Positions 30,201 through 33,185 of a DNA stretch of 33,194 nucleotides are shown here, piece after piece (the first letter of the stretch is position 1; the number at the start of each line of letters is the position of its first letter). The position numbers and the translations under genes were made by a program. Source of the DNA: Clostridia bacterium (GTDB lineage: Bacteria > Bacillota > Clostridia > Christensenellales > CAG-1252); the NCBI GenBank assembly GCA_009928745.1, contig SACC01000001.1:1-33194 (forward strand). Reading direction: 5' to 3'. The notes under the pieces were generated by a model. That model searched no databases and was not told where the DNA came from. It saw nothing but the letters and a program-made list of their open reading frames with translations.

Positions 30201-33185
30201 AGTGGGATTTTCCTGAAGAAGTCTGTTCTTCATGGCCTTCCATGCAAGGTCCTTATTATAATTAAACTCGGCAAGTATATTTTGCATATACTCCCTTCTT
30301 ATACTAAGTCCATCATACAATACCTCTTGATTATATTTCGAAGTCAAATTGAGGTATAGCTCCACGTTCTTCAGGTCTTTTAGGGTAGTTAAATTTACAT
30401 TAGCGCTGATATTAAAGTATGTCGCTTGCGAAAATACTTCATCTATTGCCACGTCTAACTGCATTCCTATTTCAGGGTCGCGGTTATCCAGCCAATAATT
30501 AGTAAACATCTTGACAGCGTAGTCAAAATTCCAATTGGTGGCGACATCGGACAGTTCAAAAGAGGCTTTACCTCCCCAGCTTAAGCCAACGGTTGTAAAC
30601 TCTTCTACTTCTGCCCAATCTACGTTGTTTATATCGTTAGCGTAATCAATAACGGTATCGGTAAAGGATATATCAATATTATGCAAAGTAATACCCATTT
30701 CCGTTCTATGATCTTCAAATGTGGATACTCTGCCTTCTTCGTCAAGATAAACGACCGCTGTTACTCCCAAATCTCCTGTAAGATTAAGGTTAAGCCTGAC
30801 TCCGAAATCAATTGCGCTGAGCTCTTCCTCTAGGTCAAGTCCCGCCAGTGCGAAAACCGTTATGAAAGAGGATTTTGTCAACGCTATACCTATATTGCCT
30901 TCCAAGAATAAAAGGTCTATATATGTACGTAAATCTATGCCTTCTGCTTCGGCATTAGAAGCCGCTGCGCCTAAGGCGCGAGTATATGCGGCGTTTAATG
31001 TCGCCGCGGAAGCCGGCTCTTGCTCGGGTTCTTCTTCTACGTCGATACCCACAAACTGTCTTAAAGCTTTGGTAAGCGAGACTAGGAATGTAGAATCAAA
31101 CACCTCTGTTATTCCTGTAACAACACTATTTACGTTGCGCAAAACAACGTCGCCGATGTTGAATATATTGGTGGAAACATATACCTCTCCGGTAAGCTTG
31201 GAAGCATTATCGTCAATATTACTTCCGTCGTATATTAAGGTTAATACCTTTGTTTCTCCGTCATTAAGCTTGTTTTGAGTTAAGGTGATTTTGAACTTAC
31301 TCTTATAGAAATTGCTGAATGCAATCCAAGCCTCAACCTTTATATTTAGACTGTCGTTCATTTCTCCAAAGAATTGGAGAAGTATGCTCGTACCCATATC
31401 GTTTAGGTCGATAAGAACAGAACCGCTTACAAGTAAATCCCAAGCAACTGCCGAGAAAATAACGTCTCCGGGAACTGCGTTTGCATAGTCCTCTCTTTCA
31501 TCCTTTTTTTCTTTTATCTCATTTTCCGCAGCAATAAAACGTTCGTTCATTTCACTTCTTTGAGCATCTGTCAAACTGTCTTTATTGTAATATTCCGACC
31601 ACGCCAAAGCTTTGAGAGCATTTTCCGTCATAGAAGTACCTCTGTTGGCTTCTACTATTTGCTCATAATGTGCTTTTAGATCGGCATTCCTAAATTCGGA
31701 ATTGCTGAACAAAGAACTAATGGCATCGGTCAAATCGTAGTCATTACGGTTGGTTGTGTTGCCGTCAGACATGGAGTTCTTAATAAACAACGCCGCTTCC
31801 ACCGAAACATATATAGCGTCGGGAACGCCGTCCGTTGCTCCTTCGGGAAGATAGGTGTTGTTACTCGATACTCTATAATTAGGACGCTTTGCAGGGTCAA
31901 CGCTTACACTTATATTACCTACGCTTAGGTCTATATGGTATACGCTTGCTAAGCCCAAGGATAAAGTTACGTCCAAACCGTTATTCATATCCAAGTCAAG
32001 TTCCAAACTGTCTATTGTGATAAAGTCGGTAATCTTGGCAAACCCAGCCATGTTAAGTACAACTCTGATTGCCGCTTCGGCCAGTTTAACCGAAACTTTA
32101 CTGTAAGCATATAATATTTCTAAAGAAATCTCGGTATTATTTTCAATTAAAGTGCTGGCATGGTTAATTGTATAACCTTCGTATCCGCTCTGCCTGGGAC
32201 TGAACGCATCGGTAACTTCCTGTAAAGTCGCCGGCGAAGAAGAATTTGCCGCATAAGAGGGATTATTTATTACATTGCCGTCGGCATCGTAATAGGTAAG
32301 CGATGCGGCATTTATGGGATTTATCACGGCATAAGCAGCCAATACTTGCCTTATTCGATAGTATGTTACCGCTTTTATTTCCTGCTCAGTTACATTCCTT
32401 GAAGTATATCTAGTTTCAATTTCTTTATTTAAGTTTTCTTCAAAAGCTTGTTCATACCTTATTTGATAATCAGCGCTTTGGCGAATAGCCGATGAAGTTG
32501 CATTCTTATATATACCTGCGTACAAGTTGTCTTTGTCGGCTCTAAGCTCGTCAATAACTACTTGCGCGATACGGGTTTGCAGAGTAGAGTAAGCGGTGGA
32601 ATTTACATAAACGGCTTTAAGATAATTTTTAATTTCCGCAACGGTGGCCACTATTTCGCTATCCATTAAAGCCTTAATTTCTCCAAGAATACCAGTCTGT
32701 TTATAGGTGTTTTCCCATATTTTTTCGTACCTTGCGGCTATTTCTTTATAGTAACTGTAAGCATTTGCCTGCAATTCGTTTAGTAGCATTTTTTCGTCAA
32801 ACTCATAACTTTCGTCATCTTCGGGAATTCCGCTGTCTGCTCTGTCTTTTGCCTCAGCCAGGTCATAAACACTTATTTTTAACACGTTTCCATTGCCTTG
32901 CTGCATTGGATTGATAAACGCCACAAGAATGTTATTGTTGTAAATATTTATTACTCCGCTATCGTTAATTTCGAAAATCCTTGCGGTGTTTTTCAGCGTC
33001 ATTTCATTTTCAAAATCGGTAAAATTGAAATTGTTGCTTACGTTATTGTAGTTATAAAGATAAATAAAACCATCATTACCCACCAAATACTTATAGTTGG
33101 TAATAGGATAAGATCTGGAATAATCTTTGTAAAAATTGTCAAAGAAATAACTGAGAGTCTGCTGTTTCATAACAGAATCCATCAA
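3126..33185 (-). CDS. Giant mosaic protein of 10,019 aa with unknown function; probable cell-surface fibre or adhesin-like protein; N-terminus possibly incomplete
   Basis: The 30,060-nt frame has no stop in AT-rich DNA and ends at TAG 3128-3126. The largest competing ORF anywhere inside it is 217 aa. Composition is coherent and domain-like segments occur along the whole length. The track start is TTG 33185 followed by ATG 33182-33180. The three in-frame codons upstream to the window edge (AAG CGT AAT) contain no stop. Confidence 0.9.
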   Translation of the reverse strand: MMDSVMKQQTLSYFFDNFYKDYSRSYPITNYKYLVGNDGFIYLYNYNNVSNNFNFTDFENEMTLKNTARIFEINDSGVINIYNNNILVAFINPMQQGNGNVLKISVYDLAEAKDRADSGIPEDDESYEFDEKMLLNELQANAYSYYKEIAARYEKIWENTYKQTGILGEIKALMDSEIVATVAEIKNYLKAVYVNSTAYSTLQTRIAQVVIDELRADKDNLYAGIYKNATSSAIRQSADYQIRYEQAFEENLNKEIETRYTSRNVTEQEIKAVTYYRIRQVLAAYAVINPINAASLTYYDADGNVINNPSYAANSSSPATLQEVTDAFSPRQSGYEGYTINHASTLIENNTEISLEILYAYSKVSVKLAEAAIRVVLNMAGFAKITDFITIDSLELDLDMNNGLDVTLSLGLASVYHIDLSVGNISVSVDPAKRPNYRVSSNNTYLPEGATDGVPDAIYVSVEAALFIKNSMSDGNTTNRNDYDLTDAISSLFSNSEFRNADLKAHYEQIVEANRGTSMTENALKALAWSEYYNKDSLTDAQRSEMNERFIAAENEIKEKKDEREDYANAVPGDVIFSAVAWDLLVSGSVLIDLNDMGTSILLQFFGEMNDSLNIKVEAWIAFSNFYKSKFKITLTQNKLNDGETKVLTLIYDGSNIDDNASKLTGEVYVSTNIFNIGDVVLRNVNSVVTGITEVFDSTFLVSLTKALRQFVGIDVEEEPEQEPASAATLNAAYTRALGAAASNAEAEGIDLRTYIDLLFLEGNIGIALTKSSFITVFALAGLDLEEELSAIDFGVRLNLNLTGDLGVTAVVYLDEEGRVSTFEDHRTEMGITLHNIDISFTDTVIDYANDINNVDWAEVEEFTTVGLSWGGKASFELSDVATNWNFDYAVKMFTNYWLDNRDPEIGMQLDVAIDEVFSQATYFNISANVNLTTLKDLKNVELYLNLTSKYNQEVLYDGLSIRREYMQNILAEFNYNKDLAWKAMKNRLLQENPTPGSTQYIDELVINDGYYCYQKMMELEQGEFFTFYSDLSEAERNGKFWDEMYGLAGDYYLGNVLSLYIVVGADGVADVYISLKFLGVEPIKLHNVSAIIIALSEAFGIHLGDLITGGGETEPSDAAGNDVAGLNNAAANAIAKEIILSISTQREGANTSVILLEVTGAALYSLLATFGIDIEGYFNRYTPNLTINALGENLVGVDLQLEGLFNLGLSIEYPKLSLTDPLSLSIREKILQNGKYVDYYTIIDKDWTSDFKVFFEGQLNLGAEGEDTAETEMDMTSINFGDLLRALLEDDSFALDVILNVIQSVYANVTFRLELKANLMQLVGTISAYNAAKLENPELSLDILGLLSASGIEAYLELYNTSVEAGYYSEALIIGVYLVKETDGIDEFLTLYLDLSAFNVGRIKIVDFQNTAKEVMDNLGKLLGNNTEEEGESPAAPVVNTSMATDYDYMQYALYLKYAVNKNLELSNNSGLASAAPGTITETPLEDFISGVIGNTYGFTITATANVLVKLLNEAFNDVKSLNNRAFKQLVKEIIIGQLQDEQYKKDVILTLMDEVLEENYNDKSRAWDALLESLSDEEYTRAGIILETQTAPGTTKEKKIQAWDLYKKLISDEISELKDKQNDNDAIDAETSAMSMEYTLYFAKGKALEAYLEDVYTKLTALSDVYLSATSAVAALPDIPAANRLLNIQKLAFEYFTKNYMWSEDDKAEYNAIYLRHYSANGSLELDAKSKSWLEIKGNIEGEYRNITDKMKAINNIAKDPAGQYQIDGDVFIFEENYYRSFNESVTTIWKAYAWDMLVASDGFSLEKAEAYLNDSLLTYVANAQKELTGNEYKYTAWTYYKEEITAALNGDYKFILRKEQTYTILTDSEGKPRKDASNSIMVALSDVLTEEGAQIWYREDIDDSQTDKINRYYEEAYSNLPQLIVEAAHEQGQIRLGLLYDNSIVSVDAEVANLYISAKFNEAGIKFEDNQLTKKVWVNYEDENHNIIQKREAITIAEYIQQVQTDENGEFAVFDKNFGYVYAALEIDFGWDLEENTEYDFTTLINTLLSGMNFNLEVQGQGIDLSPVLAILNDISNYYRIIMEARFNLFDLFDGNLSTTDLSITLYALDSEGNIKQRDGVNDVVLQFVLGSEVDPTTGEETNYIYLNAERFNIQRIYIKNAVEYIRGLFGTVFASNGAYPLGIDIDEEASVSKIVVAAAMAAKIANASDGENAQVNLDLLKSGLSIQIAANAIYAILGFLNLGGMDNIKSMITQVGEPSVTLDIFSVATYGGEVPGIFTDNDRDLIRVGLRFESVNNKGISTGRGISLNLSIHTIELDLDQEKYITFDEASLEKDENGDPVGYVVVENALPKISISTTLYLEFDLGATEGKDLSKDPVYSLLEQTLSGLITSLAEVLLTLNNTHKITIALDVLADLDFGNGEDNNFLEHLKSGSTLRIGLRIYRTAEGMYFDQNKEWAVITYYNKNLYVDISKLNSDKVYVANIADSLFGAQDSPAAASWESIAKDLRFAANNNVNLGLSANITNDGFYLIVKKAAISALLKMFGFGGFDLFNDAALQIYLKGTEVSENVRSFAFGLQIAMSDDPLNVGTTQMKPVLGITVRLNGLYVGFEASGTSVSGVEEYRELTRIDTIYFKTKIMINLTDEKGIYNLEELLYYILSMTDIDLTAQGFTRQIAPILELINDVDSIVYVDISLTVNIKSILDDLQAKVYLNVLNKSTGEITQIAGISYIRGDLFIDASGLSNNENFYVGKVKITNVMGLISSITGGDTQEAAELRERIAGIENYYNGERPQNIAGATQGIGTLAIIGDVIKGVAINLTQGAIFSLVKYFMGVDLAEKIVVVEEVINSVTTPALSLSIDPSITILIQLDLPSKEIDDADSILMSELLNNEFVYWYQNNVSATSIIYDKVWAVLVENTLLYQNYNLSDAQKLSRVNAWLTDTATDAPAIMSRIRARLTDFSETQAKLFLYDYVAIECYFSEALATTYGFDYSLDNERDINQKNIKLELFYSNYLKEVEWDKVYETITDLEVKNELNVLLATYGSKALAFDACVSLGREAGVSMSEGYNGNTYKKKIDSIRNMFGSGSDSVSYTYLVTNLFRNLYARQSAWFKYLYEQIYYADSAGGIKVYTAKYDELYVYQKALAYERYYEETTDYYQKALMLSAESFARAKYSKASEIEIKAYAYDKFKQDLLLGSNAINNALIEDDVNILKYVVWNNLAKAEFYSDEKLALLGVNRDDVKIIGNILTTTSKTLQSYNLSKGATMSAYQEGGFTYDLVFNSISALITAAGSYTIDATMSIRAIKAAIVRKLFLEESIDYSLILEGVTQSSSEYDLSVAYNTLISRYYTKLTTLLQDFSEATAYINSYGADFSLKQLSFDELINLEMESIYKPIDLPASEFAINNGATQETDPKAELNWTSNDLFKLVIAWLVLSLDTTDEVLQGYISSANSYVSNVNNIGNPITLSDNYGGDGYLADCYIAVRAFAYVLKRYDISTFSNISVINEIAQGNYSNVPMEAIKALLEKYKGVDLEHNISIATALKITSDICDTFDETKEELNTQNRAAIDVAVKAVLLKSQVVDMNITGLNQSITDGYLFDIRSYSFYNAYLAFNQYVEIKGLTAAVVEAQNYAASYFGSYDNAIEEVISFGYLLKSLVGEEFTLLNQIYNNFALGNYSCLTEAVWLSSMSDYVGDSTNIAEVTAAVNRISKLFGYLSNEQYIKKYAWDKWMRYSSTLERITELNNILKSCLFERLYSDIQEIINSTVISSANSVIDSTLTSLVAKSKEYVISNIDTYLDFINEFREDAETLYSDILDESLIIVDINEYASANVTLELEKKINAENKAFLLDNLFLRSANLELWEEYYDAASYNSFHTWYYGVDGYNDRLEVLLDANFEAVSENIFSVLPARLSSINLSDNYYSNIVNLINDSIGMWSTILMPVIVDNERQPLLDMISDLNNAKTTLDEIEKVKYRIEDDEYGNPQYSEEYGQALATIEASLGYCPTVEDVNTVTDIDIAFGYAAKLLAYIKAVYQAANNYSEASPEKTAENIRINNLALATYGVVLIPDYCNNYRNILETQLFAKLSKLKYITEELSIVNSASVQDQLNAGGKTYYQAIYYIYGRMENILMLNAEVSKKDYRELWYELIEKCESYEFSLSEEHSLTMAQSKQLFLTTAKELFQDGKIYKITDIESFIEGVDNNSGEYASLKQVVLNDSSMQESMLLALKELLITNLTDSGIVKMAAAYREQFALSFTGGLAPKISNFNEWVDNYDLRYYEIMAYNMDTIVSALADNIVYNSQLDVIAMLSGIVTNYDGFVLALRNHLYNIYTVEFGGEEITGNYDLSDVVSAIDLMISQGGFAVPTAYKETVNFCRSISNIIVAAEDGGLGVLTNEDKRELFASIIALSYNATTADFENENVLLNVELISILNSVWASYKAVVNTYFMEYISELGLFDEFAALAYTNILTLSEDLAEIVAASAALSTTNGRTEDYLRMRDMIETYFNGNYTVSGINTAFRAIFNTYSLGGSIYYIQASNAYANALASDFDDLLALLIANDSDEIALHNYISTLDVSTAKAKAEALLLVLDYIANTVNNVTLSLDSKELYDDIVIAVNVLGTTKDSLDLSIWNNYFADYIGLYPQVAEKLTLKANLGQGYSAEQILEMLSFVEKSQYLKEYLLLEEAASITELMSVTNSGLIAERAFTMIYDEAMARKNNRALLSLGIGIIGEDSSLLVDIKSNYINESGETVSSIKDVLTDEEKAEYTEYADLTLRINVNASFSFSYNQGDLNITDILDLISLPIDLDLDISFLESSMIYVTIQGQIGINFAALFSGNSSEVAESVVGELMLTYYIIEHDVNGENVRFEQVILHIWIYGGNIYGQAEIFDSKLNVAVPVNLGNIVLGMFGANEDEEINALNSFIMQSYHGYTDEEAQNAMTPFEQMFAVVSNAESTLGEAIEALIRISSKETALIITIDMLVEIVKVFVGQDSLTGDMKDLLNLIMTTGYLGIDYSDDFSLNLNLHKNSPEDSETVGYDVNLTLLNDTLISTNIDTFNALFNGIKGDYDNGFFDDLYELGTDIEEGADLISVLREIIGARVTASLSIYLESDVLKTILDWSKLFDVQEMDTYFQLRFLRNAKGLIRIDIALDIDIEQEAFDFSIRMYNLSGENFANIYFVGGLLNHDGEGEGILDPKFYFDCGESEHDKLMLTPKTGYDFLGINFVQLFFDILKSDTVYEIDGASYSSYLYSQLLYAEDENEGGQPEEEESMFSNLDWGKIVESITFGKGSLGIKFSSAIIQAIMSSFFNFNFDEFGNIQLEIDLINNSLSITVPVDASIKDTNDNVINDSKINYSFSISNVNISFGQKSNFFGEAIYTKFANYQDIADYVWVAEVNSSLLVNDDFNTILNMSQLSNSIIRGLGLNILSSEDSLNIELTFALRTYIDFSDISNMRLELDIGYGDGNGNVTKRILSITFIGTAGGGTVYIDLRGLGYSLLSLSGVDLGSIVKGLLSDLASGFAPEQDEVIEPQNASSISNDISEAEERAQRYNTIADMEFGQNMLLFIYDYDEVSIAITGGLLMALLGNLDTILTRSALEKAEEENGPLTDEEREEILKKGTLPAAILNLPMFSYLKIGRVDSDGDGVSEVSGIQLVMDESKQFSIRYNIRKSYSHLVKKNNLSSVVDMTIVNDYDAEECTSIDQIKNLHLSLQLDITLQTLKPDGTKSEVVEDLEEFLEKLLELEEDTVNFDMQDTMMTFTLNFDLAIDLVNYNNSILVLEVYYNDDIMLAVYYVNKTVYVDLSTLGLFKTSLNGIDLGSILSKLLGGIDIVSEFSGANGIDVSALLTEMLNFDTAEGKTLQLVSHRKISYEEEITKESRLAELRASLISDNLSGRFGKMSDQEVIDIISEGLSEIREEFPMTDDEYNKELTSLSQAVGIGGTGSDNTSTDGGKKSAAIVNILLGNKGITINPSAGVFKLLLGMDIPAFEKISISMNTYEGLNNLSLSVKVDSQGNRLGLSIPEKGLKIKINDGVGEAAGGRDKELTDIISLPESLNDYGGVNGLILSSGGISMNMANLVNSVLDGIFLDDLTLYVEKRTDYWTRKDVFTKYPAVHKTGPNNYADEDDGYDGAESVAQGIIQIVKLIKIAQIVSNIATAAMGNPVGWWQIIQTGYKLISNLRSGATAIFEDDTNEAKFFRNRYARGKLEINKSMDNVIDAAIKTPSYKQGDISVHVENHTLVITLGMSISISILGINLDVKSFLQGDIEGFISKGIAIATIVIFPDTMFPDTDTAGETGRFYGIIKDTDGAPVEGATVEITSGSGIVNKATTDKDGYYYFLELPITDHITGKQEVSRVEKYLNNNYDVDPEAEAGFVYNNIIYRKVGAFYYALNDRSTVTIYKEGYTSYSENDLLIVPKETSAAINCSQVLAKANVERKKTITLSGKTYYMINPDQSMSEITNLSAFGGASIIIDGGLTRAVSSLTTATKGDYSVTVDEYTDLRDYYTNLAKSYHSMLGKLSGYKFEGFVYTIGGSRVSIDINLLDTYIASASDGSTLQIDVIFSKVEVTSVTFIGYVRYYDSEIGEYVVPSSSDFEFWISLNEHTIGVTDFYDLEPENYSINVDEAGKFSFTAPEFLVGGNYIFKLRSKVYQNFNLTEGGTVIGDSLDASHTTSTMGIAEIVSVSDDRTASYNVEINLTKRPKHWSETVTESASMIQKLRIRLGADIIDSEPHDDGDNGEQQYDYSYLDDTSNLVYEGSHIADRYNTYTYIEAWIDSNMITNLLLSVQNMFFGMLGITGVTMGQTVSASDISLGAYTEEEDFDLTQYTDEELAEKGEGELLDKFVKRYRGRYNEEDDIKIYNYIYQEKGAYMQAAQSALAKEGAGLVHYLLQEFALSNLKNIAVDILGERIGVNDLIALLVYSPTTLSIIPLIGGLLKTVGEQVGAVLEEASLLIAHVLPFQVSYNIFSTMDLPSSPLKPYQDLLTDQTLSSTATVTLEDGTTYSRTLYREARTYDLSVYAKITLNSDSEGGYIDRISLFINGSSFSKNSEKIALREENEMPSYNAMMQGDWDYAYWQKNGRVGSFYSVVKENAYTINMTGLEADEDPDDYRDRGVQLYYHNVSDNRQELGLPEYETTKTTGQTYEMITNSNSETIERMYFEERIESDDVTKRSYTYKTDATATYEIKSCDIETKTIVSAGVEDTVAKVFMEQFMATSNYKSYAISDTYYLHPLTGEKVIYSRVFIYDVNNNPKEDIYQEVDIDLNGMDIRQVADTTFNGEFWHISLEPVNAVWTKEIRTLPTKIVFHDPFDLTDFTVEGGTWAYSDGYLGVRRNNDSSISIIDALPNRYFATFTDGSSKGTQGMKITWNIDALGTSAQGTNGETVYLQGYIGNAICSTVKVIIEPFVIDVDQAKAQIISDISSIVINPRDFDAEEFLASLPLVFNYNYSNTDNEGNVREKTYIFNDLKWSLDYQTVNSIRRFTSLKYNSPFADEQPYIDLSFRSFGYDSEGNELSSNTEFTDVKIPLTVKNYELVKVESEVENTVGGIVNDATVPSGYHGVLTINPLYNNNPLTTVTEITSFDSVTVKCGDVVQNWEIIEGSLKLLKLNGKTLRDYKSLSTKAEDYAISYDITDGTGFVQTVKILVKILSSDIQSGASYFYDGETKIYIENNKLITPYDTGSDLSPIDTINDSYMKRLGLSEEIYVVYTSGYFEKAVLGQYTQANKTYVSYNEATGKLEANGVVAIMGSGFSYSIPYMSYNQNQDATIYASIGQNGYSKLDMDLILTEIMLSNLSLRYSLNNAKEKAYDSIYEKLTKFEKLELSAILNEKENNKARAWDAWYEKYSDAANDTYNNNTTLYLDTVLLEAKLSYTTLSYTAAKSLAYEKLIADNSNINQSNNKISVDALNEVLEEMRTEHFGASNTSLQAYTWEKWYNDYSRKSLSINRSVERRVAKSVESKSVSGSDLSEITMEDLGSYINVGFDGVEKIEIIVDPITGESYNKTVLDLKKTQIIWKVDLEHINDNLSYNGTILYAEVLLKDDLFGDQLIRGVVIQVKQVNIRELYLNYNAQISINTYNEATIDNLLRLYYNDDKVNTREYNFGLVIEDGTTAGTRFGIASDEVGSRENFNNAIWELDTISENYDGTEFRKVRWEYVYDTNGNNDYTDDGISYHNLPNSGAHSIKVLVRSKNYDSITQAGNRWSRWIIIDLTKVVKYNNGSYLVTNIQKNTVISSIESATSDGQNIPIENIEGSIRLAIDPAVIKLGDEQNIIFSVRYVDGTTGSLKGVIDLSNNSEFYSKATVNSSITFGTKFNNRQVISVVLRNTAIRKFSSISSIVYERFNSGLGQWEIVNFNSQIATAYDDINAKLPTRATVTGVRNGVSESEVLSVSFRGIETYDYTGKKTNGQNPRATAVIGDATFGYIYRELELIIGEETIVNVISGISEDIYLDPYGAENIDWLIANNTSCLVYTRYYNNNGEVRYTTKEVTVRVDESDIDLISYAQNDFEQATYKVSFNIGVSVPNGIYGEFDIRSEKIVDVTLWSRKVAGLYIKDGEKVVELSGDIYNRVDFDAYTYWVAYGSGSDLTQINTIAWEGIENIVYSTGGGTYMVTASIGEGILKQELEVTVYINRAQVNMLKVVEGQTGVNYQQLSYNVNTKEFNNLVIEPFEGFVGLPSTLGAVISIDYQGNVREKEVPVEWDYTQFASTMTLAGGVFDKESTNNVVYVKLYDAELDNEGNEISRRILQIIPISVVVRDRTIQKYQVSYNGVDFIDLDSLLYNDSVNELKATNELLLNPYTMRNALNNDTRYNSPDNMYSEDFTSAHFTYFRSVRIITSGADNYTRTYNLGADNYTIYDTATNYATKTTDLYTGRRVTVKLKVSESMNATIGSTLSCAKEAMDINIAPLKKGGTLNDKFDENIKVRILNMKYAVGGGLNKDIYYIDQYGLIKSSESSLIKFENSVVYSSKVTNATIYGADKEDYYRLDNGERVEIVSYTFSEINYDGTNINNKFFEVSSVNNSGAILSAELRRSGGKINYGGGAGKLVASFGSAEEGLYAGIQTYSIPIVYVNRTISDFGFNASNAPNFKNITLSSGGTTTTVKGFEFDPFVKYVNSDLGFNAATQQGYLAGGQYDTVLKFERTEFDVLFGSLPGYVEGGKYYINYNLSTEQGENKLGVKFYDADMFWRYSGGSGEVEVSIGSGNAYQKMVYPVKILSRKVDIERGFYGFTSNILKNETIGYDTTISVYDYIGQSNIESKLIAKHFSSSTTLVFGVYFEDFNDPIYYTLNQIAESSGNYILSVEETNGTDNRGNAYNNAVQMSFTLDTTQGLNYKGGKAKFNMVIPGYGLGAKGQQNAQIMFNLTEEYIVFANPVNDSGFEIDYDTYFRNILNDLVSDESADRYKNAIVDGAIEYDDSINNWRIIDPYYFIQLGGLKMPDDVMIYTTTKQGYEQYNALMAVPHNSLAINNFLATCKKYKTEALWTGANQGKITVYFNDTERKTSFTMSLDDQLYTKKFAVDPWLFFDTEGAVDAFISTIAYGPQDIILLPKVSSLTEENNPDFYIEVVYNEENGHPVYDSSYGYRVHYKVNGIAKETFVTNINGGGTYRNNYNRWYFGAVAFGDKAAQYATITLGGKGGQTFRWKLSNTSTRSWINSNVPGMLSLPKGTTYALPENLIQYFGMNTSYNLFSTDTNDFIPLEYYKLEKPVKSERFDTVAGGELSQREVVANNFSPASLQNVDFGLDENENQLVNEYQIGILYWRAVGRRAYPAASTAIQGETIISGYDSSIVHFIDPISTGLVASIFKKDETGARSFYISDAISNKHYLYVPNSDENVDENEVSYKNSGVMLAKGYRYDDDAKLTATSNYYWQAGAQSAQSIPTLYVTQGTMFNIRNLPLFQMNYIFSVKTTTDLPLFGGINLGTDYTMFNSSAATYLPWYNSNVYRMNGQTRIPIGDFTAINTMAQIGTRYLVETTFSITMGTTTDAETIYDGVYSQQGMTPKTFVIYTYIYIASK
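12360..12840 (-). other. Two hydrophobic segments inside the giant ORF; candidate membrane-interacting or buried helices
   Basis: MITNLLLSVQNMFFGMLGITGVTMG lies at 12781-12840 and LIALLVYSPTTLSIIPLIGGLL at ~12360-12430. Both are 22-25 residues with no charged side chains, separated by an acidic helical stretch. No TM predictor was run. Confidence 0.3.
13210..14282 (-). other. Three tandem prealbumin-fold / carboxypeptidase-regulatory-like (CarboxypepD_reg, Cna-B-like) domains within the giant ORF (from aa 6302)
   Basis: The first copy is clear: GRFYGIIKDTDGAPVEGATVEITSGSGIVNKATTDKDGYYYFLELP...TVTIYKEGYTSY (14282 down to ~13935). It fits the G.v.D..G.P..GA.V......g....TD..G.Y.f..l...Y.v...k.GY pattern. 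Two weaker copies follow: TITLSGKTYYM...GGASIIIDGG...KGDYSVTV (~13690-13870) and VTFIGYVRYYDSEIGEYV...DEAGKFSF...GGNYIFKL (~13210-13480). Confidence 0.6.
14880..19019 (-). other. Giant ORF region III (aa ~4723-6100): four more copies of the ~300-aa beta-rich module
   Basis: Signatures: NIYGQAEIFDSKLNVAVPV (18481-18540), VGGLLNHDGEGEGILDPKFY (17581-17640), TVYIDLRGLGYSLL (16681-16740), TVYVDLSTLGLFKTSLNGIDLG (15741-15800). Linkers: ENEGGQPEEEES (17341-17400), GFAPEQDEVIEPQ (16561-16620). Copies 9 and 10 are the most alike: TVYIDLRGLGYSLLSLSGVDLGSIVKGLLSDL versus TVYVDLSTLGLFKTSLNGIDLGSILSKLLGGI. Confidence 0.6.
19020..24559 (-). other. Giant ORF region II (aa ~2876-4722): ~1,840-aa block with helix-favouring composition and no recognisable domain
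   Basis: The block runs from ...LDLPSKEIDDADSILMSELLNNEFVYWYQ (24481-24560) to ...LIAERAFTMIYDEAMARKNN (19021-19080). It is rich in A, L, E, K, Y, N and S. Runs of Gly or Pro are almost absent, as are the alternating beta patterns seen in the flanking regions. The secondary-structure call is by eye only. Confidence 0.5.
24560..33185 (-). other. Giant ORF region I (aa ~1-2875): six diverged copies of a ~300-aa beta-rich module, with helical inserts
   Basis: Module signatures, each verified by back-translation: GEVYVSTNIFNIGDVVL (31141-31200), DVYISLKFLGVE (29941-30000), TLYLDLSAFNVG (28981-29040), NYIYLNAERFNIQRIYI (26701-26760), NLYVDISKLNSDK (25741-25800), DLFIDASGLSNNENF (24941-24990). Most are followed within ~25-45 aa by an acidic or Pro/Ala linker: EEEPEQEPASAA (~30995-31045), GGGETEPSDAAGN (29821-29870), NNTEEEGESPAAPV (28861-28920), AQDSPAAAS (25681-25720). 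Confidence 0.6.

Noticed and set aside
31504-31510. T7/A7 homopolymer inside the giant ORF (coding KEKKDE) as a programmed slippage site
   Set aside because: Runs of 7 A/T are common in AT-rich coding DNA that encodes Lys-rich stretches. There is no alternative-frame ORF or downstream structure to suggest frameshifting.
3699-32914. About 35 plus-strand track ORFs of 60-217 aa inside the giant gene, for example 6888..7541 (217 aa), 29551..29970, 30862..31278, 5382..5789 and 8652..9044
   Set aside because: All lie antisense to a frame with overwhelming coding evidence. Their translations are Ser/Pro/Leu/Ile/Phe-rich shadow-frame sequence with no domain-like features. I saw no Shine-Dalgarno in front of those I checked. 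ORFs of this length are expected by chance opposite a 30-kb coding frame.
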